Source: Rotaria sp. (Eukaryota). Taken from it: a stretch of 17,191 bases of DNA. Location of the stretch: NCBI GenBank assembly GCA_905330235.1, contig CAJNUA010000377.1:24562-41752 (forward strand), in the 5' to 3' direction. Shown here in pieces: positions 11,106 to 17,191 of the stretch. Every line of letters begins with the position of its first letter. The stretch's first letter is position 1. The translations under genes and the position numbers were made by a program. A model generated the notes under the pieces. The model was given only the letters and a program-made list of their open reading frames with translations. It searched no databases and was not told where the DNA came from.

Positions 11106-11402
11106 GAAACTAATGATAATTCAAGTGTATTTTTTATTCTTGAACTTCAAGTTATTCCTGAACAGTACTATGATCGAACAACGAGTGATTATCGACTACG
11201 ATTTCGATATGAAAAACAGATTATGATTGGCGAAGAACAACAACATGATAAAAAAGTGTTGATACAATACGCATTTGGTGATGATCCAAACGAACAACAA
11301 CAATTGTTTGCATCATACTATTATCGAGTAGCTACAATGCCACGTATAACACGAATTCGTGAGATGTTACCAAATAAATTAGGATCAAAACTATTGTTAC
11401 GC
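11106..11402 (+). CDS. PARP4: PARP4 exon 4 (ETNDNSSVFFILELQVIPEQYYDRTTSDYRLRFRYEKQIMIGEEQQHDKKVLIQYAFGDDPNEQQQLFASYYYRVATMPRITRIREMLPNKLGSKLLLR). Acceptor cataacag|, donor cgc|gtacgt.
   Basis: Same frame as the ORF-track entry 11223-11414. Open from 11103, with phase 0 in and out. Confidence 0.6.
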
Positions 11403-11462
11403 GTACGTAAATAATATTGACAAAAAGAAACTATTTTTTAAAAGAAAACTAATTATTTTCAG

Positions 11463-11600
11463 TCTTTATTTACTCATCATATCGATACACAGATACTTGA
11501 TGAAAATGTGTGTCAATTGATCGAATCAATTTGGTTAGAATCGATTGGTGATCTAAATAAAATTTTAAGCATATCACCCGAATCAATTTCTCTTAAAACC
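11463..11600 (+). CDS. PARP4: PARP4 exon 5 (SLFTHHIDTQILDENVCQLIESIWLESIGDLNKILSISPESISLKT). Acceptor attattttcag|, donor acc|gtatac.
   Basis: This is the only stop-free frame. It aligns with human ...SDLVEMIWAEALGHLEHMLLKPVNRISLNDVSKAEG. Confidence 0.6.
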
Positions 11601-11658
11601 GTATACACATTCATTTTGCTAGATTTATATTAGTTCGTACTCTAAACTATTAAAATAG

Positions 11659-11814
11659 GTCATTGAAGCTGAAGCTACACTGCTTGAAGTCAAATCGACC
11701 AATAATCCTACAGCTGCACTTCGTTTCTATTCACTTATACCACATCGATCACAGTACAATATTGATCTCATCAAGAATCGTCGAGCATTGACCGACAAAA
11801 TAGATTTATGTCAA
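11659..11814 (+). CDS. PARP4: PARP4 exon 6 (VIEAEATLLEVKSTNNPTAALRFYSLIPHRSQYNIDLIKNRRALTDKIDLCQ). Acceptor ttaaaatag|, donor caa|gtacgt.
   Basis: It matches human FYRLIPHKGTMPKEVNLGLLAKKADLCQ strongly. Confidence 0.75.
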
Positions 11815-11862
11815 GTACGTCTATTTCTTTCTTGTTTTTTATTTGATCTTTTCCCTGTTCAG

Positions 11863-12023
11863 ATGCTTCGAGATATGCTTACAGTTAACGAACTAACCAA
11901 TTGGAATTTAAAAGCACCAATCGAAGCTAAATATCGAGCATTGCAATGTCATATTGAAACAATAGCTAGTTCAACATCTGAATTTAAGAATATTGTTAAT
12001 CTTATTCAATCATCGATAGATAG
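11863..12023 (+). CDS. PARP4: PARP4 exon 7 (MLRDMLTVNELTNWNLKAPIEAKYRALQCHIETIASSTSEFKNIVNLIQSSID-). Acceptor ccctgttcag|, donor ag|gtaaga.
   Basis: It matches human LIRDMVNVCETNLSKPNPPSLAKYRALRCKIEHVEQNTEEF. The frame matches the ORF-track entry 11788-12027. Confidence 0.75.
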
Positions 12024-12081
12024 GTAAGAAAATTTAAAATTCGATTTCGTAATGATATCTTATTTGTCTTTTGTTTATTAG

Positions 12082-12219
12082 CCGTGAACAAATTATTATT
12101 CACAACGTATTCAGTGTGGCTAAGCAAACTGATATATCCAATTTTTGTACAACACTATCTAATCAACGGCAACTATTTCATGGGTCGAAATATGTCAATT
12201 TTCTTGGGATTCTTTCACG
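12082..12219 (+). CDS. PARP4: PARP4 exon 8 (-SREQIIIHNVFSVAKQTDISNFCTTLSNQRQLFHGSKYVNFLGILS-). It contains the catalytic H-G-S motif. Acceptor tttattag|, donor cg|gtaaaa.
   Basis: It matches human VDVLQIFRVGRVNETTEFLSKLGNVRPLLHGSPVQNIVGILCRG. Confidence 0.75.
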
Positions 12220-12278
12220 GTAAAATATTGATTTCATCCTCTAAACAATATTTATAAGGTGATTGTGTGTAAATTCAG

Positions 12279-12564
12279 TGGTTTAGTCATGCCTAAAATA
12301 GTAGTAGAAGACTTGGGTGTTGAACGTACGGATGTTGGTTGTCTCGGTTATGGAATTTACTTTTCTGATTGTGCTTCGACATCTTTAAAATATACAACAG
12401 CAAGCACAGTACGACCAGGTCGTCGTTTGTTATGCATTTGTCAAGTAGCACTTGGCGAAACAGCTAATTATTATTCATTTTCACCAACTCTCATCAAGCC
12501 ACCTATTGGTTTTCATAGTACGCATGGAGTTAAACGAACAGAAGATAATTGTTCAATGTTTACT
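12279..12564 (+). CDS. PARP4: PARP4 exon 9 (-RGLVMPKIVVEDLGVERTDVGCLGYGIYFSDCASTSLKYTTASTVRPGRRLLCICQVALGETANYYSFSPTLIKPPIGFHSTHGVKRTEDNCSMFT). This is the core of the PARP catalytic domain, with the nicotinamide-stacking Tyr in GIYFSD. Acceptor aaattcag|, donor act|gtaagt.
   Basis: It matches human LLLPKVVEDRGVQRTDVGNLGSGIYFSDSLSTSIKYS...RLLLICDVALGK...PPGYDSVHGV. The frame matches the ORF-track entry 12259-12576. Confidence 0.8.
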
Positions 12565-12887
12565 GTAAGTAACTAGTGTTCTTGTGATCTGTCAACGAGA
12601 AAATGGATCAGATAGAAATCTAGTAGTTCATATTTCTTTGTGCAACCGACAAAATGTTGACAAGTTCTAAAACATTTAGTAAGAGTTCTGCGATTTCCAG
12701 TGGTCAAATCACGTATGAAGAAAAAAAAACACATGTTTTGACTGCATAAAATAGCATTTATCTTGGAGTTCGTCGATAGAATTTGGGAACTCTCTTTTGT
12801 TGATTTGATAATTGTTCATACTGATAGCTTTGACTATTGAGTAAATAATTGATACTACCATCAAAGATTTAGTTTTTATCGAAATAG

Positions 12888-13038
12888 GATAATGAATATG
12901 CAATCTATCAACTTGATCAACAACGTTTACTCTACATTGTGGAAGTTTCATGGGCACTGAATGATGCTCTCAATATCGAATTAGAACGATTATCAATTGT
13001 TCATCATCAAGAACATATATTAAAATTGAGTGAACATG
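12888..13038 (+). CDS. PARP4: PARP4 exon 10 (DNEYAIYQLDQQRLLYIVEVSWALNDALNIELERLSIVHHQEHILKLSEH-). It contains the catalytic Glu (NEY). Acceptor cgaaatag|, donor g|gtaatg.
   Basis: It matches human DDEFVVYKTNQVKMKYIIKFS. The preceding intron is the longest in the gene at 323 nt. Confidence 0.65.
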
Positions 13039-13099
13039 GTAATGATGATTCTTTTTATTAGATTAGAATTTAATTATCGGATTATCTATTACATTCTAG

Positions 13100-13239
13100 T
13101 TGAAGATTTCACGACAATCAATGATGAGACTATTGAAATAGCTGAACAAGACTATGGTTTAATATGTCCATCATCAGGAAAACTTGTACCACTTAAATCA
13201 TGTCATATTCGTGCTCAGATTATTGATGTTACAGTTGAA
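13100..13239 (+). CDS. PARP4: PARP4 exon 11 (-VEDFTTINDETIEIAEQDYGLICPSSGKLVPLKSCHIRAQIIDVTVE). Acceptor acattctag|, donor gaa|gtaatt.
   Basis: It matches human SGNLVPLEDVHIKGRIIDTVAQV. The frame matches the ORF-track entry 13030-13266. Confidence 0.7.
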
Positions 13240-13306
13240 GTAATTATATCTATCTTTTTTTATTGAAGTAAAATACTAATTCATCATGTTTCTATTTAAT
13301 AAAAAG

Positions 13307-14183
13307 GTTGTTCTCTATCAAGTCTATTACAATATGAGTTCGATACCGATTGAAGCTAAATATGTGTTTCCTCTTGATGAAAACTCAACTGTATGTGGTT
13401 TTGAAGCACATATTAACAATAAAGTTATCAAAGGTGTCGTTAAAGAGAAAGAACAAGCTAAACAAGAGTATCGAGAAGCAATTAAAAAGGGTCATGGTGC
13501 CTATTTAATGCATCGAGAAGAAGCTCAAGTGTTCAGCGTTGCTGTTGGTAATTTACCAGCACACAATGAAGTGATCATCAAGATAACCTATGTTGCCGAA
13601 TTAGAAATCGAAAATGATGATATTATTTTTCGTCTTCCAGTTAAAATGGCTTCATGGCAATCGAAAAAAGCAATCGAAAGCAAAGATCAATCGATTCTAC
13701 AATCTTTTAGTATTGTCGATGAAAAAGTTAAATTTAGTTTTAAAGCATCAATTCGAATGCCATACAAAATAGTGAAATTATTTTCACCAACACATTGTCT
13801 TCGTCGAAAATTAACTGATTGTATAGCCATGATCGAACTTATCGATAATGTTTTACTTAATCAAGATTTTCTTCTGTCGATCACACTCGACACTCCTAAT
13901 TTACCCCGAATATCAAATGAAACATTGTTATTAGATGACAACAGTGAAATAACAGATACATTGAACAATCACAATTCTCAAGCATGTATGCTTACCTTTT
14001 ATCCACGATTTGAAACATTGACGAATTCAAACAAACAAGTTGAAATCATTTTCATTATTGATGTATCAAATTCAATGGATGGTAGTCATGTACAACAAGC
14101 TAAACAGTTAGCTCATTTGTTTCTTATGAATTTGAAAATTGACGATGAAAATACATATTTTAATGTAATCACTTTTGGATCGG
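13307..14183 (+). CDS. PARP4: PARP4 exon 12 (VVLYQVYYNMSSIPIEAKYVFPLDE...ACMLTFYPRF...VEIIFIIDVSNSMDGSHVQQAKQLAHLF...VITFGS-). It holds the whole VIT domain and the start of the vWA domain, including the MIDAS DxSxS motif. Acceptor taataaaaag|, donor g|gtaata.
   Basis: Long collinear match to human HVPIEAKYIFPLDDKAAVCGFEAFINGKHIVGEIKEKEEAQQEYLEAVTQGHGAYLM...MPYVIEFIFSDTHELKQKRTDCKAVIS...EACMLVFQPD...EVIICLDCSSSMEGVTFLQAKQIALHAL...IQFGTG. An in-frame stop follows if it is unspliced. Confidence 0.8.
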
Positions 14184-14238
14184 GTAATAAGATAATGTTC
14201 TACATCATTATTTTACTATTCAAATTGAAACTATTTAG

Positions 14239-14312
14239 ATAATTATGAATGTTTTCCTATATCAACACGAATTACACAAGAAAATCTTGATAAAGCCAAA
14301 CATTTTGTTCTG
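14239..14312 (+). CDS. PARP4: PARP4 exon 13 (-DNYECFPISTRITQENLDKAKHFVL). Acceptor ctatttag|, donor ctg|gttagt.
   Basis: This is the only frame that bridges exons 12 and 14 with correct phases. It is weakly similar to human YKELFSYPKHITSNTMAAEFIMS. Confidence 0.55.
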
Positions 14313-14360
14313 GTTAGTAGTTTTTGTTCAATCTTGTTTCTGTATATAAAATTATTGTAG

Positions 14361-15135
14361 CATTCACTTGTTCATCGTGGTAATACGAATTTATTTACTG
14401 TTCTTCATCGTTATTCACTATTACCATCATCATTATCGTCGAAATTTGGTCGTCAATTCATTCTTCTATCTGATGGACATATTCATGATCTCAATTCGAT
14501 TCTTGTTCTACTCAAACGTCGACCAACTATGCGTCATGATCGTTTATTTACATGTTCAGTTAGTAATGTTGCAAACAAGCATGCTTTGAAACAGTTAGCG
14601 AATGGAGCAAATGGAGGTGGTCTAACAACAATATTCGATTCAAACTATCGATCGAAATGGAAAAAAAAAGTATTGAATATTCTCGAACAAGTTCGACAAC
14701 CATGTGTTACAAGTATATCAATTGATTGGCATGGTTGTTTGGATAAAAAACAAAAATTCAATATGCAAGCACCGAAAATGATTCGATCTTTATTCAATGG
14801 AATGCGACTTACTGTCTATCGATTTATAGAAAATTGTCACAAGGCAACATTGACGGCTATTATTGATGGACAAGAATTTGTTACGACTGTATTTAGTAGT
14901 ACGATGACAACGACTAGAGGACGTATTCTACATTGTTTAACTACTCGAGCAATCATTGATGACTATGATAATGGACTATTGGACGTAGATGAAAGCGAAA
15001 ACGAATTGATCAAAGTTCAAAATAAACGAGATTTGATTGATCTTAGCATCAAACATTCTGTTATTAGTACATATACTAGTTTTGTTGCCATCGAAGAACG
15101 TAATGTTACAGAGGATATAAAAACTCTTCAACCAG
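14361..15135 (+). CDS. PARP4: PARP4 exon 14 (HSLVHRGNTNLFTVLHRYSLLPSSLSSKFGRQFILLSDGHIHDLNSILVLLKRRPTMRHDRLFTCSVSNVANKHALKQLANGANGGGLTTIF...VISTYTSFVAIEERNVTEDIKTLQP-). This is the remainder of the vWA domain plus the region after it. Acceptor attattgtag|, donor ccag|gttagt.
   Basis: It matches human NILLVSDGHLQDESLTLQLVKRSRPHTRLFACGIGSTANRHVLRILSQCGAGVFEYF...SLITQFTSFVAVEKRDENE. The frame matches the ORF-track entry 14529-15140. Confidence 0.8.
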
Positions 15136-15264
15136 GTTAGTAAATATAGTTAAGATTTTATGAGTAAACTCATGGATTGATTAGTAACAGAACAGTACAA
15201 AAGTATTGTAGTCAATAATCAATTCAATCAATATCTCTATTAAGACATTTACTTTGTGTTATAG

Positions 15265-15626
15265 GTGTTCATCTACTTGAAGTTATGCTGGAACGTGATG
15301 TTGACTTACTACCATACATTGGTTGGGATGGTGATTTATCAAATTTGACTTTAATTAAACAGAAATTAGTCGATGTACGTATTTCACTCGAATGTGCATC
15401 GGTTCAGAGCAAAAAAGAAACAGTTGCTGATTTTGAACAACTTTGTCAAAAAATTTCCTATCGAGCAGGTGGTGATGCAAAATTTAGTATAATGATGACT
15501 ATCATACGCACATATCGTTATTCATTGAATGAGTATGATAAAGCAGATGAACTCGAAGACAAAATGAGAAAAGGTCTGTTAATTGATCTAGGACTAACAT
15601 TTACATATGTAAAATTTGAAAAATGA
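15265..15626 (+). CDS. PARP4: PARP4 exon 15 (-GVHLLEVMLERDVDLLPYIGWDGDLSNLTLIKQKLVDVRISLECASVQSKKETVADFEQLCQKISYRAGGDAKFSIMMTIIRTYRYSLNEYDKADELEDKMRKG[LLIDLGLTFTYVKFEK*]). Acceptor gtgttatag|. It ends either at the TGA at 15624-15626 or at a weak donor g|gtctgt at 15573 that would splice on to 15631.
   Basis: It matches human VSELIAKEDVDFLPYMSWQG. The same reading frame reopens immediately after the TGA (see findings). Confidence 0.6.
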
Positions 15627-15630
15627 ATAG

Positions 15631-15727
15631 ATGTAATGATCGAAATGATTAGTGCAACAGAAGAAGAACGTCGAGCATTGCAACAACAATGTCAGGCGAA
15701 CAATTTGATAATCACAAATGACGAATT
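15631..15727 (+). CDS. Candidate PARP4 exon 16 (-DVMIEMISATEEERRALQQQCQANNLIITNDE-), used only if the weak donor at 15573 is real. Donor tt|gtaagt.
   Basis: An open frame in phase with exon 15, bounded by an aatag| acceptor and a strong gtaagt donor. No homology support. Confidence 0.3.
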
Positions 15728-15787
15728 GTAAGTGAAAGAAAGAAAGGAAAAATTAAAAAAAAAAATTTGGTATTCGTTCTCTTGTAG

Positions 15788-15810
15788 GGAACTATTAGCT
15801 GAATACAATG
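15788..15810 (+). CDS. Candidate 23-nt micro-exon (-LELLAEYN-). Acceptor cttgtag|, donor g|gtaaga.
   Basis: The phases are consistent (2 in, 1 out) and the donor is a strong gtaaga. This is purely a splice-signal inference. Confidence 0.2.
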
Positions 15811-16053
15811 GTAAGAAGCGAATTTGATCATTCTACTTCGGTAACCTTAAATAAGAGAAAGAGAGTGATTCTATAACTAAGACTAAAATGAAAAATTAGG
15901 TGCACATTATGTATCATCAAAACGATTAAGACGGGACAGAATAAAATATAACACTTTTAGTTGTAGGTTTGTGTTTCCTCTCTGTATAACATAGTATAGT
16001 TTGAACAAAAGAATTTAAGCATAACGATAGAATAAAGTATTTTTTGAATTGTG

Positions 16054-16114
16054 ATGGATCCAAGAAAAGTCTTCTCCACACTGAGTATTTTGATGTTCAG
16101 CAGATTGCTTACAG
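16054..16114 (+). CDS. Candidate first exon of a small downstream gene (MDPRKVFSTLSILMFSRLLT-). Donor acag|gtattc, phase 1.
   Basis: An ATG in an open frame ending at a GT donor. Its phase fits the acceptor at 16244. Confidence 0.3.
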
Positions 16115-16244
16115 GTATTCTGTTTTCAACTGAATTATCGATATTGACATAATCTATTCATCCCTATCATGAAATATTCTAATATGTTTAGTTGAAAAAA
16201 GTGACGATCGTTTCCAACCTAATATGTACATTTCATTTTCATAG

Positions 16245-16327
16245 ATTTGGTTCGTATGCTTAGAGCTGATTCCAAGGATTTAACAACAGTTGGACAAATG
16301 GAAAAGATAAGAAAATTATCCACCATG
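16245..16327 (+). CDS. Candidate exon (-DLVRMLRADSKDLTTVGQMEKIRKLSTM). Acceptor tttcatag|, donor atg|gtacgc. It can be entered in phase from either 16114 or 15810.
   Basis: Clean acceptor and donor signals and an open frame. Confidence 0.4.
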
Positions 16328-16387
16328 GTACGCCAATTCAATGCTACATATAAAAATAATGCCAAAAATTGAATATTTCTTTTTCAG

Positions 16388-16507
16388 TTAGGTGGAATAT
16401 CAAATTTTACTAGTGAATCATTAATGCTAGCAACAGCAAATCTATTACCAATGCCTGAAAAGCAGCCTCCAACTACAGATATCATGAACATAAAGGTGCG
16501 CCAATAA
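16388..16507 (+). CDS. Candidate terminal exon (LGGISNFTSESLMLATANLLPMPEKQPPTTDIMNIKVRQ*). Acceptor tctttttcag|.
   Basis: A polypyrimidine tract plus AG, then an open frame to the TAA at 16505-16507. Confidence 0.4.
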   Translation, partial: LGGISNFTSESLMLATANLLPMPEKQPPTTDIMNIKVRQ

Positions 16508-17191
16508 AAGAGGAACCATCAGCCACAGCTGCACCCTGACTGAAAGACCAGTTTTTCTCTAAGAATCTTTCTTTTGCAGTACAACTATTTCCAAAGCATT
16601 TTATCCAGTTGAGTCGAAATTAATACCGATACTAGGAAAGAATAGCTTCGGTCGTTATAAATATAAGATATGTATTTCTAAAGAAGCGATTTCATCGCAT
16701 ATTTCTATAGAACACAACTCATTTTTGTTTTAGAAGAAAAAAATTAACTTGCATAAAGAAATCTATTGATTTCTTGTTTATAGAAGGTCTGTGGAACTAT
16801 TAGCATCATAAATCCAGTAAGAAAACCTCATCGTGACGTTTTTCACATTGAACTGAATTGAAAAACTATTTATAACGCCTGAAGTATGTCATGTTCAATG
16901 GAGTCTAACTGAACAAGAAGGTGTAAATTTTTAAGTTAACACTTGTGACCTTTAGTTAATTACTTTCTTGATCTTTAGACTCCTTTCATCAAGAATTTAT
17001 TTTCAAATACAACAGATACAAAAATGTTAGAAATGATTTCTCGAAACAAAATATTTAAAGTGTCATATATTATAGAAAAAGTACTTTCAAACAAAAAGAA
17101 AGATTTGACTAGAATATCAGTCAAGTTTTATCAAGACATATCTTTGATAGAATCTACATATTATTTCATGTATTAGTTCTATACTGATTTT

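Larger units (their letters stand above)
10456..15626 (+). other. PARP4: Gene span of a PARP4 (vault poly(ADP-ribose) polymerase, vPARP) orthologue. It has at least 15 coding exons. The domain order is BRCT (exons 1-2), PARP regulatory helical (exons 3-7), PARP catalytic (exons 8-10), VIT (exon 12), vWA (exons 12-14) and a C-terminal region (exon 15+).
   Basis: The conceptual spliced protein is collinear with human PARP4 over many segments. Examples from this window: FYSLIPHRSQYNIDLIKNRRALTDKIDLCQ, APIEAKYRALQCHIE, QRQLFHGSKYVNFLGILSRGLVMPKIVVEDLGVERTDVGCLGYGIYFSD, SSGKLVPLKSCHIRAQIIDV, SSIPIEAKYVFPLDENSTVCGFEAHINNKVIKGVVKEKEQAKQEYREAIKKGHGAYLM, ACMLTF, IIDVSNSMDG, FILLSDGHIHD, ERDVDLLPYIGWDG. 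Confidence 0.9.

Noticed and set aside
12709-12957. Minus-strand ORF of 82 aa
   Set aside because: It lies inside intron 9 of PARP4 and overlaps exon 10 antisense. It is AT-rich low-complexity sequence with no supporting signals.
13286-14242. The ORF-track 318-aa ORF treated as an independent gene starting MFLFNKK
   Set aside because: It is PARP4 exon 12 read through into flanking intron sequence. The true exon is bounded by the acceptor at 13306 and the donor at 14184. The leading and trailing residues (MFLFNKK... and ...NKIMFYIIILLFKLKLFR) are intronic.
1-17191. A prokaryotic-style annotation (operons, RBS, Rho-independent terminators) and tRNA or rRNA genes
   Set aside because: The genes are interrupted by GT-AG introns and there is a eukaryotic domain protein (PARP4). 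I found no cloverleaf-compatible tRNA T-arm motif (GGTTCGANTCC-like) and no rRNA-like conserved blocks.

Overview
This is eukaryotic nuclear DNA, AT-rich (roughly one-third GC by eye) and most likely from an invertebrate metazoan. It has GT..AG introns, mostly 48-67 nt, and none of the hallmarks of prokaryotic gene structure. The one gene I can identify with confidence is a multi-exon (+)-strand orthologue of vault poly(ADP-ribose) polymerase PARP4/vPARP, starting at 10456 and running to at least 15626. It carries the full BRCT, PARP-regulatory/catalytic (intact H-Y-E), VIT and vWA (MIDAS DxSxS) architecture in at least 15 exons, and its 3' end is ambiguous. The first ~10.4 kb is gene-poor and repeat-rich. 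Position 1 opens with a large near-perfect inverted repeat (1-151 against 653-803), a candidate foldback or MITE-like element that is cut by the window edge. There is a complex satellite array at about 5884-7135, with a degenerate tail to about 7414, built from a ~118-bp unit, nested 9-10-bp and ~30-bp higher-order cctgca(c/t)(a/t)tt repeats, and many palindromic ggaattcc/ccggaattccgg cores. Two diverged paralogous ORFs (2776-3093 and 7676-7950) flank that array and encode the same ~95-aa domain of unknown function. There is also an odd C12 homopolymer and a possible small 3-exon gene or extra PARP4 3' exons at 16054-16507. No rRNA, tRNA or CRISPR is supportable. The ORF-track hits inside the satellite are translation artefacts of the repeats.
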